Assembly (NCBI GenBank): GCA_031423155.1 | Contig: JANPEZ010000097.1 | Coordinates: forward strand, 1,048 to 65,047 | Source of the DNA: Actinomycetes bacterium | GTDB lineage: Bacteria > Actinomycetota > UBA4738 > HRBIN12 | Direction of reading: 5' to 3' | DNA length: 64,000 nucleotides | In this document: piece after piece, positions 17,776 through 28,225 of the stretch | How positions within the stretch are numbered: the stretch's first letter is position 1 | Layout of the letters: every line of letters begins with the position of its first letter | Program-made: the position numbers and the translations under genes | Notes under the pieces: model-generated | Seen by the model: the letters and a program-made list of their open reading frames with translations, nothing else | The model's database searches: none | Told to the model about the DNA's origin: nothing

Positions 17776-18669
17776 TCAGTCGAAGACCTCCGAGTACCAG
17801 TCCGCGACCTCGGTCAGCCATCTGCCGGGCGCCTCGAGCTGAGGGATGTGTCCCAGGTCGGGGAAGAAGCGGGCGCGCCAAGAGGGATGGCCTGCCACCG
17901 CGGCCTCGGCCCAACTGACTGGAACCAGACGGTCACGGCGCCCGTGCAGAACGAGTACCGGGCAACGCACTCCGTCAAGGGCGCGGGCGGCTATCTGGGG
18001 CCGGCGCCCCAGCCGCATCATCGAGCGCGACGCCTCGACGAAAGCGCGCGCGGCCTCCGGATCCTTGGCTCGTTCACGCAGTCCCTCGGCGTGCGCCGCG
18101 TAAACCTCACGAGGGATCTCCTCCGGTCGGGCAGCGCACATCGCGAAGCCGAGGCGGACCATCTGCTCGGGATCCATCCTGCGGATGCGCGCCTCGAGCG
18201 CCATCTCACCTAGCACCGGCACCTGGTAGGTACCGAAGGCGGCGACGACGAGCGGGTTCGGCGGTCTGCGCTTTACGGCCGGGAAGATCGAGCCGGTCAG
18301 CACGAGCCCGGCGACCGATGCGGGCTCTACCGCGGCCTGGAGCAGAGCAAGACCCCCGCCCATCGAGTTGCCGCAGACGATCGTCTGCCCCGAGGCCTTT
18401 TCCGATATGAACCGGGACAGCACTCGGCGCTGGTCCATCAGCGCCGAACTTCGCCCGGCTAGATCGGATCGTCCGAATCCGGGCAGATCGATCGCCAGCA
18501 CCCTGCCGAGCCCTGAGAGTCCCTCGGCGACCCTCATCCAGTTCACGGCCGATCCGCCCAGTCCGTGGACGAGAAGGAACGTCGCCTCTTCAGGCCCAGG
18601 CCACTCGTGGTAGGCAACAGGACCGTCGATGTCGGTTATCCGCGCGGCGGGAAGATCGCTCTCGCTCAT
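17776..18669 (-). CDS. Alpha/beta-fold hydrolase
   Basis: HGLGGS oxyanion region and GNSMGG nucleophile elbow. Confidence 0.8.
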   Translation of the reverse strand: MSESDLPAARITDIDGPVAYHEWPGPEEATFLLVHGLGGSAVNWMRVAEGLSGLGRVLAIDLPGFGRSDLAGRSSALMDQRRVLSRFISEKASGQTIVCGNSMGGGLALLQAAVEPASVAGLVLTGSIFPAVKRRPPNPLVVAAFGTYQVPVLGEMALEARIRRMDPEQMVRLGFAMCAARPEEIPREVYAAHAEGLRERAKDPEAARAFVEASRSMMRLGRRPQIAARALDGVRCPVLVLHGRRDRLVPVSWAEAAVAGHPSWRARFFPDLGHIPQLEAPGRWLTEVADWYSEVFD

Positions 18670-18699
18670 CCGAGCGCCAGCCTACCCACGCTGGCATGA

Positions 18700-19022
18700 T
18701 TGCGGCCGATGGACTCGACCGATGATCTTCGGCTCCTGCTGGCCTCGCGCTACCCGTTGATCGTCGCCCAGATGGACGACGAAGGGCGCTTCATGGCCTT
18801 CGCCCGTAGAGCGGCGGAACTGTGTGGGTCGGTGCGCCCTACCGGGCCCACGCCGATGGCAAGGAGCTCACGAGCGATGGCGTCCCGGGCGAACTGGCGA
18901 TCATGACGCCTTTGTCGGCGACCCGCGAGGAGGACATCCGCTCGATGCGGGCTTGGGCCGAGGGCAGGGCAACACGCGCGACGGACCCGGAGGGAGGGGG
19001 GCCGAGCCCCACTCCCTCCTGA
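18700..19022 (+). pseudogene. Possible frameshifted small gene (two protein-like ORFs, 18700..18906 and 18822..19022, overlapping in different frames)
   Basis: Both frames read protein-like on their outer parts. A -1 shift near 18810-18830 would join them. Could be a sequencing indel or a real pseudogene. Confidence 0.2.
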
Positions 19023-19117
19023 ACAGGTCCTAGACGCCTCGGGCGTACCAGAGTGCCGCCGGGCGGCTGTTCGTCTTCACGCGCGCTCCGAACGGCGCAC
19101 CGAAGCGGATCAGGACT

Positions 19118-20089
19118 CTAGGCTCGGTCGTTGGCCGTCATCACCGAAAGGAGCCGGCTGGGGTCTGCCGATCCCTCGCGGCCCGCTCCGCCGATGTAGC
19201 AGGTAGCTATCAAAGCCCCCACCGGCGGGATCGTGAGCGCGCTCAACAGCATCTGAGCGATCCCCGCCCAGACCCAGATCGCGTCGCTGAACCCCAGTGT
19301 CCCGACGTAGAAGTTCAAAGACAGGTTGATCCCAAGGGCTGTGGAGACGAGTAGGAAACTACCCATCCCGTTGCGGCGGGTCAGCGCGAACGATCGCGAG
19401 GTGGCGCGGAAGGTCCTCAGATCCTGGCCGACCAGTGCGGCGAGGCTGTATGCGAGCACCGAATACGACAAGATCACACCGACGGCCGCTGTTGCCAGAG
19501 CCAACTGCCAGTGATGGGCTTCCACCAGCGCGACGAAAGCGATGACCAAGACCAAGAGCGGGATCAGCATCCACACAACCATGCAAGCCCCTACCCCAAC
19601 CGCCGGGCCTAGCCTGCTGGTAGCGCCGCGCAGGGCTCCTCGGGGGTCGGGGGTCTCCCCCGCCGCCGTCCCGAGCATCAGGCGCAGCAGCGCAACGTAG
19701 AGCAACGGAGTCAGGACGAAAGAGATAGCCCCGCTGAGTGGGCCGACCAAGGGGTTCGGCGCCGGCTGTGGGTCGACCTCGAACACCCGGGGGAAGTCTC
19801 CTGTGTGGATCCATACCCAGACCGGCCTGAAGACGGCCGTCGAATTGCGCCCATTCAGCAGCCGGAGCAGGAAGGACGGAACCCCCACCAGCAGGAGTGT
19901 CAGGGCTGCAGAGGGTCCGAACGTCGCCCTGAGGAGCTGGAAGAACCTGTCGAGCGTGCCTGGCCCCGAGGGATCTCCGAACCGCCATCGACCCGGAGGC
20001 ATGATCCGGGGAACGTTCTGCCACTGCGGAGCGTTCCAGTCTGCAGAGCCCGGAGGAGGTGGGAATGGTGGGGTTACCCCGTCGGTCAT
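19118..20089 (-). CDS. Integral membrane protein with a Pro-rich N-terminus, hypothetical
   Basis: Multiple TM helices; no family recognised. Confidence 0.6.
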   Translation of the reverse strand: MTDGVTPPFPPPPGSADWNAPQWQNVPRIMPPGRWRFGDPSGPGTLDRFFQLLRATFGPSAALTLLLVGVPSFLLRLLNGRNSTAVFRPVWVWIHTGDFPRVFEVDPQPAPNPLVGPLSGAISFVLTPLLYVALLRLMLGTAAGETPDPRGALRGATSRLGPAVGVGACMVVWMLIPLLVLVIAFVALVEAHHWQLALATAAVGVILSYSVLAYSLAALVGQDLRTFRATSRSFALTRRNGMGSFLLVSTALGINLSLNFYVGTLGFSDAIWVWAGIAQMLLSALTIPPVGALIATCYIGGAGREGSADPSRLLSVMTANDRA

Positions 20090-20315
20090 CCGCCGGACCC
20101 TACCGTTCTGGACAGGTCGTCACAAGACCTTTACACGCTCTGAGCTTTACAAATGCAGGGCTGACGCCATACCATACGCACAAGAAGCTGCCAACGCGCT
20201 GTCCACGCGCGCTCAGGCCCCGGCGGCTGCACAACGAAAACGGAACCCGAGTTCCCGAGGACCGAGAACGCTGCGCCCTGCAGTGGGACGGCCTCGAGGA
20301 GGAGAGTGATAGGGA

Positions 20316-21248
20316 ATGCCAGAACCGGCCCGGCCGCTCGGCACAGATGACGCGGACGACCTCCGGCTTTACCTGGAGGCGGCTGCGAGGGAACCTCTCC
20401 TCACCAAAGAGGAGGAGGTCGAGCTCGCCATGACCATCGAGCACGGCAAGGAGGCGGAGGAACGTCTCCGCGCCGGACGCCTGCGCTCGGAGAAGAGCAT
20501 CGTCAAGTCCAGGGGAGAGGTCCGCAAGGCCGAATCCGCTCGCCAGCGCTTCATCATGGCGAACCTTCGCCTCGTGGTTTCTGTTGCTCGCAAGTACCAG
20601 GGCCAGGGGCTCCCCCTGCTGGACCTCATCCAGGAAGGCAATATCGGCCTGATGCGCGCCGTCGAGCTGTTCGACTGGCGCCGTGGGTTCAAGTTCTCCA
20701 CGTACGCGACGTGGTGGATCCGCCAGGGCATCACCCGGGCGATCGCCGACCGTTCGCGCTCCATCCGGCTACCGGTTCACATCCACGACCGGCTGCGCAA
20801 GCTGAACCGCACGCGGTTCCAGTTCGCCCAGTCGATGGGACGTGAGCCCAGCCGCGAGGAACTGGCGAAGGCGCTGGACACCACGGTCGAAGAGATCGAT
20901 GACCTGACCGAGATGGGCCGCCGTGAGCCGCTGTCCCTGCAGTCCCCCGTGGGCGAGGACACCGAGCTCGGCGACCTGATCGAAGAGGTCGACTCCGACG
21001 CCGCGTTCAACGAGGTCGAGGATGCCCTTCTCCGCGAGGAGATCGGCGGAGCCGTCGACCGCGTTCTGGATGAGCGCGAGCGCCACGTTGTGGCGCTTCG
21101 CTACGGGCTGGAGAACGGCCAGCCGCTCTCGCTTCGCGAGACCGGCAAGGTCCTCGGCCTGTCCGGTGAGCGGGTTCGCCTGATCGAGCGTGAAGCTCTT
21201 CGCAAGCTGCGCGACTCGAACCTGATCAGCGCGGTGGCCCTGGGCTAA
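20316..21248 (+). CDS. RNA polymerase sigma-70 family factor (group 1/2, RpoD/SigB-like)
   Basis: Regions 1.2, 2 ([26 protein letters not shown]), 3 and 4 ([12 protein letters not shown]...LRETG) are all recognisable. Confidence 0.9.
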   Translation: MPEPARPLGTDDADDLRLYLEAAAREPLLTKEEEVELAMTIEHGKEAEERLRAGRLRSEKSIVKSRGEVRKAESARQRFIMANLRLVVSVARKYQGQGLPLLDLIQEGNIGLMRAVELFDWRRGFKFSTYATWWIRQGITRAIADRSRSIRLPVHIHDRLRKLNRTRFQFAQSMGREPSREELAKALDTTVEEIDDLTEMGRREPLSLQSPVGEDTELGDLIEEVDSDAAFNEVEDALLREEIGGAVDRVLDERERHVVALRYGLENGQPLSLRETGKVLGLSGERVRLIEREALRKLRDSNLISAVALG

Positions 21249-21319
21249 GGCTCGGCCGCCTCGCCGCAAGGCCTTGAAGGGCCGGGGGTTCCGACCCTCG
21301 GCCCTTCGGCTTAGCAGGG

Positions 21320-21985
21320 CTAACCCGCGATCGCCTGCGCCCGCCTCACCTGTTCTTCCAAAGACTCTCGAACGCGCGCGCCGAAGGCGCTCACGTCGTC
21401 CTTCGACCCTGGGTCGCCATGAGGGATGAGCGCCTCGCCGTAGACGAGTGCCAGTCTGGGGCGCCATGGGCGGCCGACGACCAGTCCTTTGCGAGGCCAG
21501 CGCCTGTGGGTGCCCCATATGCCGACGGGGACTACCACGGCGCCGGTCGGAAGGGCGATCCGACCGATCCCGCTGCGGATCCTCTGAAGCCCGGCGGTCG
21601 CCTCCGGATTCACATACCCCTCGGGCGCGATCGCGGATAAGGCTCCCGCGCGGATCGTCGCGATCGCCTCGTCCAGGGCGTCGGTATCGCCGCCGCCACG
21701 CCGCAGGGGGATCTGATGGAAGAACTTCATCACGGTCCCTGAGAACCTCATTTCGAAGATCTCCGTCGCGATCAGGAACCGGGTCGCCCGCCTGCGCTTC
21801 CAGGCCGTGGCGATGGCCACGCATGGCCCGTCCAACACGCTGATGTGGTTGAAGGCAAGGATGGCCGGACCGGTTCGTGGCAGATTCTCGATGCCCTCGA
21901 CCTTGACGGAGAAGAGCAGTCTCATGAACGGCACCAGCATCGCGCGAGCCACGCGCCACTTGAGGTCGAACTCGGTCTCGCGCAC
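21320..21985 (-). CDS. plsC: Lysophospholipid (1-acyl-sn-glycerol-3-phosphate) acyltransferase, PlsC-like
   Basis: H(X)4D motif NHISVLD and the PEG motif (APEGY). Confidence 0.8.
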   Translation of the reverse strand: MRETEFDLKWRVARAMLVPFMRLLFSVKVEGIENLPRTGPAILAFNHISVLDGPCVAIATAWKRRRATRFLIATEIFEMRFSGTVMKFFHQIPLRRGGGDTDALDEAIATIRAGALSAIAPEGYVNPEATAGLQRIRSGIGRIALPTGAVVVPVGIWGTHRRWPRKGLVVGRPWRPRLALVYGEALIPHGDPGSKDDVSAFGARVRESLEEQVRRAQAIAG

Positions 21986-22008
21986 CGGCGGAGCCTACCT
22001 GAGCAACA

Positions 22009-22977
22009 TCAGCGAGCGCGGAGCTTGGGATTCAGGATGTCGTCCATCGCGTAGCCGCACATCGTGAATCCCAGGACCACCATCGTGATCGCGACACCCG
22101 GCGGGATCAGCCACCACCAGTAACCGGCCGTGAGCGCTCCCTGCTCGAAGGCCTCGTTGATGATCTGCCCCCACGACACGGCGTTCGGGTCGCCCAGGCC
22201 GAGTAGCGAGAGCGTCGTTTCGGACAGGATCGACAGCGCCACGGTCAAGATCGTATTGGCGAAGATGACCGGCATCACGTTGGGAAGGATGTGCCGCGTG
22301 ATCAGGTGCCAGTCATTGGAACCGAGAGCTCGCGCGCGTTCGACGTAAGGGCGCTCCTTGACCGTGAAGGCCTGCGCGCGTACCAACCTGGCGGTGCCGG
22401 CCCACGAAGTGATGCCGATGACCAGGATGATGTTGAAGACGGTTGGGCCCAGGATGGCCGCCATCACGATGGCCAGCGCGATCCAGGGGATAACCAGGAA
22501 CCAGTTGGTGATGCCGTTCAAGATCGTGTCGACCCGTCCTCCGTAGAAGGCAGCCAGGATCCCGAACACCGAGCCGAGCAGCATCGTCACGATCGTGGCC
22601 ATCAGGCCGACCAACAGGGAGATCCTCGAGCCGTAGATCATCAGGGTCAGCACCGAGCGCCCGAACTTGTCCGTGCCCAGGGGGAACTCAAGTGACGGTG
22701 GGAGGTATGGCTTGGCGGTGACCAGCGAGACGTCCAAGCCGTCACGAGAGACGAGAAGCGGCGCCGCCAGAGCGACGGCGACGAATGCGGCCATCAGGAC
22801 CAGGCCGCCGATGCCCATAGGGCTCTGCCGGTACTTACTCCAGAAGGTCGCAAGCGCCCGCCTTCGACGCAACCAGGCTATGGCGCGAGGTCCCTTCTTG
22901 CCGAGATCTATGGTCGAAGCCAGGTCAGAACTCCTTGATCCTTGGGTCCAGATAGCCGTAGAGGATGTCCGCGGCAA
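22009..22977 (-). CDS. Peptide/nickel ABC transporter permease (DppC/OppC-like)
   Basis: Binding-protein-dependent permease fold with EAA-like loop. Start may be internal. Confidence 0.8.
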   Translation of the reverse strand: MPRTSSTAIWTQGSRSSDLASTIDLGKKGPRAIAWLRRRRALATFWSKYRQSPMGIGGLVLMAAFVAVALAAPLLVSRDGLDVSLVTAKPYLPPSLEFPLGTDKFGRSVLTLMIYGSRISLLVGLMATIVTMLLGSVFGILAAFYGGRVDTILNGITNWFLVIPWIALAIVMAAILGPTVFNIILVIGITSWAGTARLVRAQAFTVKERPYVERARALGSNDWHLITRHILPNVMPVIFANTILTVALSILSETTLSLLGLGDPNAVSWGQIINEAFEQGALTAGYWWWLIPPGVAITMVVLGFTMCGYAMDDILNPKLRAR

Positions 22978-23899
22978 GGTTGAACATGATCACGGCGGCC
23001 GACAGCAGCAGGAACAACCCCTGCATGACTGGGTAGTCGAGTTCGCTGATCGCTTGGTACTCGAGTTGCCCCAGGCCCGGCCAGGAGAACACGGCCTCGG
23101 TGATGACGGCCCCGCCCATGACGAAACCGAAGCTGTAGAAGACGAGGGTCAGCGAGGGAAGAAGGGCGTTCGGAACGGCGTGACGTCTGCGCACGAGGTT
23201 GTCGCGCAGGCCCTTCGCGCGCGCTGTCTGTATGAAGTCGTCGCCCATGACTTCGAGCAGAGACGACCTCATGATGACGGCGTACTCGCCGATGTAACCG
23301 AGCGTCAGGGTCAGAGCCGGCAGGAACATATGGTTGAGGACGTCCGTGACGTGAGCGATCCCATACAGCGGAGGGAACTGCTGGGCGTATCCACCCGCGG
23401 GGAACAATTTCCACGTCGACACCAGGAAGATGATCAGCAGCATCCCCAGCCAGCCCTCGGGGATGGAGTAGAGGATCAGCGAACCGAAGAGCGAACCCTT
23501 ATCGAACGCGCTTCCGCGCCGCCAGGCCCCGTAGATCCCAACGAGGATCCCGAAGGTGACCGAGAGGAAGGTCGAGACGCCGACAAGCAGCACGGTCGGC
23601 CAGATGCGCTCGGCGATCACGGCCGAGACCGAGCGCGAGGACCGTATCGATGTGCCGAGGTTGGCCGTCGCGGTGTTCTTGACGTAGACGATGAACTGGG
23701 CGGGCAGTGCAAGGTCGAGTCCCAGGGTGTGGATCTCTTCCTGCTGCTGCTCCGGGGTCAGGTGTGTGTTTCGAGCCAGGAGACGGACCGGATCGCCGGG
23801 CATGATCCGGAACAGGAAGAAGTTCATGGCGAGCACGAAGGCCAGGGTGGCCAGCGCCTGCCCCGTTTTGCGCAGCAGGTACCGTCTGGTACTTCCCAC
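22925..23899 (-). CDS. Peptide/nickel ABC transporter permease (DppB/OppB-like)
   Basis: Permease family motifs; 6 TM. Confidence 0.85.
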   Translation of the reverse strand: MGSTRRYLLRKTGQALATLAFVLAMNFFLFRIMPGDPVRLLARNTHLTPEQQQEEIHTLGLDLALPAQFIVYVKNTATANLGTSIRSSRSVSAVIAERIWPTVLLVGVSTFLSVTFGILVGIYGAWRRGSAFDKGSLFGSLILYSIPEGWLGMLLIIFLVSTWKLFPAGGYAQQFPPLYGIAHVTDVLNHMFLPALTLTLGYIGEYAVIMRSSLLEVMGDDFIQTARAKGLRDNLVRRRHAVPNALLPSLTLVFYSFGFVMGGAVITEAVFSWPGLGQLEYQAISELDYPVMQGLFLLLSAAVIMFNLAADILYGYLDPRIKEF

Positions 23900-23943
23900 C
23901 CCGGCCTCGGCCCGTCCTTCCTAGATGTTCTCGACGCTAAGGA

Positions 23944-25752
23944 TCAAGCGCGTTCTTCGTCGCTCTTGTTGCGGCGGATCAGGAAGATGCCACCGCCGAT
24001 GACGACGATACCCGCGAGGACAGCCAGCCACATCCCCGTCGAGACGCTCTGAGATCCTGTCCCGCCGCTGGCGATCGGCTTGAGCGAGATGTAGGAGTAG
24101 GGACCCCAGCCGAAGATCAAGAAGCCGTCGGGCTCGGGTACCGGGGTGAAGCCCTCCCATCTGTCGCTGCGGTAGGCCTGAAGGTCGTTCTCGTACGCCA
24201 GGACAACCTCGGGGACCTGCTCGTAGATGTACTGCTGCATCGTGTAGATGTACTCACGGCGCTCGGCAGGGTCGAGGATGGTCTTCTGCTTCTCGTACAT
24301 CGCGTCGAACTTGGGATCGGAGTAGCAGCCGTCCGACCAACTCAGGCACTGTGACGTTGTGAAGATCGACATGATGAAGTCGGGGTCCGGGTCTCCTCCC
24401 CAGCCCCAGATGTAGGCGTCGAAATCCCCGACGCCCCACAGGTCGTATGCCTTGTTCTCCGAGACGGGTACCAGCTGCATGTCGATGCCGATCTGCTTCA
24501 TCCAGCCGGCGATCAATTTGCCCTGGTCGTTGGAGTAGGTGACGCTGTCGATGGTCAGGGTCTCGATGATCAGCTCGTCGCCTGTCTTCGGGTCGTTCCT
24601 GACTCCGTCGTCGTTCGTGTCTGCGTAGCCGGCGTCATCCAGCATCTGGTTCGCCTTGGCGATGTCGAAGGTGTACTGCTGATCTGCTGGCGGTTCCCAG
24701 TGCCAGACCGACTGCGGCAGGGTGACGGTCGTTCCCACGGTGCCATTGCCGAGCATGAGCTTGTCGACGATCGCTTGAGTGTCGATGGCCGTCGCGATCG
24801 CCTGACGGAGCACCACGTCGTGTAAGGCGGGCAAGCTCGAGTCGTTCTTGTCGGGAACTCCGAAGTTGAAGGCCAGGTTGTCGAAGTAGGCGGGGGGAGC
24901 GACGTGGGTCGTTATCCCCTCAGCCCCCTCGAGCGAGTTGAACAGAGTTGGGTTGAGAGCTTCGGCGAAGTCGATCTGACCGGCCTTCAAGGCGCCGACC
25001 ATCGCCTCTTGGTTGCTGAATACCTTGAAGTCCACCTCGTCGATTGTCGGCTCGCCGCCCCAGTAGCCCTTGTTCGCGGTCATGACCCACCCCTGGCCCG
25101 TGTCCCAGGACTCGAGGTGGAACGGGCCCGAACCCACGGCGGGAACGTTCTCGAACTGCTTGGCCGCGACCGGGTCGCCGTCGAACTGGCTCCAGACGTG
25201 CTCGGGCAGGATCGGGATCCAGGGGGGAGTCAAGGGAGCCGAAGTTGGCGTCGGGGACTCCCAGACTAGGGTCGTGTCGTTGGGGGCGGTGAAGGTCGGC
25301 GGCTCCGCCCCGGCGCTCTTGAGGTAGTTGAGGAAGGCGCCCATCTTGTTGTTGACGATGAAGTTGTAGGTGAAAGCGATGTCGGCAGCGGTAAGCGGCT
25401 CTCCGTCGTGCCACTTGACCCCGTCGCGGATCGTGAAGGTCCAGACGGTGGAGTCTGCGTTGTGCTCGAAGTCGGTGGCCAGGCCGTCCTCCGGCGAGTA
25501 CGTCAGGTCTTTCTTGCTGAAGCCGAAGAGCATGTCGTAGTTCATGAACAGCATCTCGTACTCGGCTCCGCAGCAAGCCTTGAAGGGGTTCGGGGAGACC
25601 ATGTCGCCGGTCAGGCCGACGGTGAAGACGACCGCCTTGTCGGGGGTTGCGTCTTGAGCGCTTGCAGCCCCGGTCATGAGCGCTCCGGCCAGGAGCAGGG
25701 TCGCGAGTGTTGCCGATCCGAGCTTGGTCATGCGCCGAGTGTGAGCCTTCAT
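23944..25752 (-). CDS. ABC transporter substrate-binding protein, family 5 (peptide/nickel), with a C-terminal TM anchor
   Basis: Sec signal peptide and SBP_bac_5-type sequence. Ends with a hydrophobic helix and a basic tail (IVVIGGGIFLIRRNK) instead of an N-terminal lipobox. Confidence 0.85.
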   Translation of the reverse strand: MKAHTRRMTKLGSATLATLLLAGALMTGAASAQDATPDKAVVFTVGLTGDMVSPNPFKACCGAEYEMLFMNYDMLFGFSKKDLTYSPEDGLATDFEHNADSTVWTFTIRDGVKWHDGEPLTAADIAFTYNFIVNNKMGAFLNYLKSAGAEPPTFTAPNDTTLVWESPTPTSAPLTPPWIPILPEHVWSQFDGDPVAAKQFENVPAVGSGPFHLESWDTGQGWVMTANKGYWGGEPTIDEVDFKVFSNQEAMVGALKAGQIDFAEALNPTLFNSLEGAEGITTHVAPPAYFDNLAFNFGVPDKNDSSLPALHDVVLRQAIATAIDTQAIVDKLMLGNGTVGTTVTLPQSVWHWEPPADQQYTFDIAKANQMLDDAGYADTNDDGVRNDPKTGDELIIETLTIDSVTYSNDQGKLIAGWMKQIGIDMQLVPVSENKAYDLWGVGDFDAYIWGWGGDPDPDFIMSIFTTSQCLSWSDGCYSDPKFDAMYEKQKTILDPAERREYIYTMQQYIYEQVPEVVLAYENDLQAYRSDRWEGFTPVPEPDGFLIFGWGPYSYISLKPIASGGTGSQSVSTGMWLAVLAGIVVIGGGIFLIRRNKSDEERA

Positions 25753-25846
25753 CCTTACCCCCTCGTCCTCCGGGGCCCGGCCGATGCCGGGATGCCCGAG
25801 TCTTGGCTGGCGTTGAATAGCACGAACGGCCTATCTGACTCCAGCG

Positions 25847-27109
25847 TTGTTATCTGACCGCCGGTCAGAGTTGTACACCTCCAGAGCCACTTGTGGAACC
25901 CGTGAGGACATCTGTTTCGGGCACGGATGGCGAGCCTATACTGCCCGCGTGGACCCTCGGGAGCTGCTCGGAATAGCCTCAACCCGCCGCGAAGAGTTCG
26001 TGGGCTCGCTCCGCGAGATGGTCGACATCGACTGCGGCTCCTACACGACCCAGGGCGTGAATCGGGTCGCCGACATGGTCGAGTCCAGGTTCTCCGAGCA
26101 CGGCTGGAGCGTAGAGCGCTCTGCTCACTCGCCGGGTCCGGGAGAGCCTCAGCTCGGGGATCTGGTGGTCGGCCGATTGCAGGGCTCGGGAGGACCGAAC
26201 GTGCTGCTCATCGGCCATATGGACACGGTGTTCGACGAGGGAACGGTCGCGGAAAGGCCTTTCAGCATCGACGGCGACATCGCCCGCGGCCCGGGCGTCT
26301 CGGATATGAAGGGCGGATTGCTCACCGGGTTCTTCGCCGTCGAAGCGCTCCAGGAGGCCGGCTTCAACGGTTTCGGGCAGATCACATACATCTGCAATCC
26401 GGACGAAGAGATCGGTTCTTCTTTCTCCGGTCCGATCATCAAGGCCCTGGCTCCGGCTCACGATGCGGCCCTGGTCCTTGAGGGAGCTCGAGCCAATGGA
26501 GATATCGTCAGCGCTCGCAAGGGCATCACCGACTACGTCTTGACGGTCGAGGGACGCGCGGCGCATGCGGGAGTCGAGCCGGAGAAGGGTCGCAACGCGA
26601 TCCTCGAGGCGGCACACAAAGTCATCGCGCTTCAGTCCTTGAACGGCCGGTGGCCCGGAGTCACGGTCAATGCCGGCGTGGTTCACGGCGGTACTCGCAC
26701 CAACGTCGTCGCGGAGCGCTGCCAGATCCACGTGGACCTGAGGTCTCCCGAAGCTGAGACGCTCGATGCCGCCGACGCCGAGGTGCGGCGCATCTGCGCG
26801 GCGAGCACGATCCCCGATGTCACGACGACCGTTCACGCCAACGGCTGGCACCGTCCGATGGAGAAGAAGGAAGGGGGCGCTCGCCTGGCACAGATCGCCA
26901 TAGCCGTTGCCTCCGAGCTGGGCTTCGAGCTGAAGGACGCTGCCACCGGAGGAGCCTCGGACGCCAACACGACCTCCGCCGCAGGCGTTCCCACGATCGA
27001 CGGACTCGGACCGGTGGGCGGCGACGATCACGCCCCCGCCGAATGGCTTGACCTTTCGAGCGTCGCGCCGCGCGTGGCGCTCCTGGCCGGCATCATCAGC
27101 CGGCTGTGA
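25847..27109 (+). CDS. M20-family metallopeptidase (carboxypeptidase G2 / ArgE-DapE-like)
   Basis: HMDTV, GxxD and EEIG metal-site motifs. Likely start GTG 25949. Confidence 0.8.
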   Translation: MLSDRRSELYTSRATCGTREDICFGHGWRAYTARVDPRELLGIASTRREEFVGSLREMVDIDCGSYTTQGVNRVADMVESRFSEHGWSVERSAHSPGPGEPQLGDLVVGRLQGSGGPNVLLIGHMDTVFDEGTVAERPFSIDGDIARGPGVSDMKGGLLTGFFAVEALQEAGFNGFGQITYICNPDEEIGSSFSGPIIKALAPAHDAALVLEGARANGDIVSARKGITDYVLTVEGRAAHAGVEPEKGRNAILEAAHKVIALQSLNGRWPGVTVNAGVVHGGTRTNVVAERCQIHVDLRSPEAETLDAADAEVRRICAASTIPDVTTTVHANGWHRPMEKKEGGARLAQIAIAVASELGFELKDAATGGASDANTTSAAGVPTIDGLGPVGGDDHAPAEWLDLSSVAPRVALLAGIISRL

Positions 27110-28212
27110 GCGAGCCCCTCCTTCCTCTCGAACCGAACATGTTCCGGACGCTCGTCGAGGGCGTCCCCGCCATCTTGTATATCGATGAAGTCGACGAGCC
27201 CTCCACCAACCGGTACACGAGTCCCCAGGTCGCCCAGATGCTCGGATTCACCCCCGAGGAATGGCGCTCCGATCTAGGCCTGTGGGGAAGACGATTGCAC
27301 CCCGACGACCGTGACGTGACGATCGAACTTCACCGCGAATCCAACCGCAGCGGCGAGCGCTTCCACGCCGAGTATCGATTCCTCGCCCGAGACGATCACG
27401 AGGTCTGGATCCGCGACGAGGCGGTTCTGGTGCGCGACGAGGCCGGAACGCCCCTGTACTGGCGAGGGGTGATGTCGGACATCACCGAGCAGAAGCAGGC
27501 CGAGGAGAAGCTTCGCTGGTCCCTCGACATCCTGCGGCGCACGATCCAGCAGCGGCGTGAGCTGCTACGAAGGCTCGAGAGCGCCCAGGAGGAGGAGCGC
27601 CGGCGCATCGCCGCCGACATCCACGACGATCCCATCCAGGTTATGAGTGCCGTCGACATGCGTTTGCAGATGCTGGCGGGCCTTCCTGCTGGCTCGATAG
27701 ATGCCGAGTCGGTTTCCGAGCTGCACGAAACCGTGAAGCTCGCTATCGAGCGGCTGCGCTATCTGCTCTTCGAGCTGCGGCCCCTGGCCCTCGACCGCGA
27801 TGGGATCGGCGCCGCGCTTCGCGCCTACCTGGAGTATTCGGCCCCCATGGCCGACCTTCGGTTCTCACTGAAAGATGAGCTTTCCGAGCAGCCCCCCGAG
27901 GACGTTCGCGCAACCTTATTCCGCGTCGCGCAAGAGGCCATCGCCAACGTGCGCAAGCACGCGCTCGCGACGACGGTGGATGTAGTCATCGAGCCCGATG
28001 GCGAGGGGGTGCGGCTGTGCATCACCGACGACGGCCGAGGGTTCGACCCCGCCGTCATGGAGCGCCCTGAGCCGGGCCACCTGGGTCTCACGACGATGAT
28101 CGAGAGAGCCGAGATCGCTGGAGGTCGCTGCCGGGTGACGAGCGCGCCCGGCACCGGAACCACTATCGAGTGTTGGCTGCCTCTGGATGCAGATTCCCTG
28201 GGCATCGCATAG
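27106..28212 (+). CDS. Cytoplasmic PAS-domain sensor histidine kinase (HisKA_3 type), no adjacent response regulator
   Basis: PAS region, then H-box HDDPIQ and a HATPase_c region (DDGRGFD, GLGL). ATGA overlap with the M20 gene. Confidence 0.8.
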   Translation: MSEPLLPLEPNMFRTLVEGVPAILYIDEVDEPSTNRYTSPQVAQMLGFTPEEWRSDLGLWGRRLHPDDRDVTIELHRESNRSGERFHAEYRFLARDDHEVWIRDEAVLVRDEAGTPLYWRGVMSDITEQKQAEEKLRWSLDILRRTIQQRRELLRRLESAQEEERRRIAADIHDDPIQVMSAVDMRLQMLAGLPAGSIDAESVSELHETVKLAIERLRYLLFELRPLALDRDGIGAALRAYLEYSAPMADLRFSLKDELSEQPPEDVRATLFRVAQEAIANVRKHALATTVDVVIEPDGEGVRLCITDDGRGFDPAVMERPEPGHLGLTTMIERAEIAGGRCRVTSAPGTGTTIECWLPLDADSLGIA

Positions 28213-28225
28213 CCGAGCGGGTTCG

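Noticed and set aside
22667-24052. 461-aa plus-strand ORF and other long antisense ORFs (for example 16716..17753, 58899..59834, 59467..60225, 35067..36242)
   Set aside because: All are opposite strongly supported genes and have biased R/G/P/D composition with no recognisable motifs.
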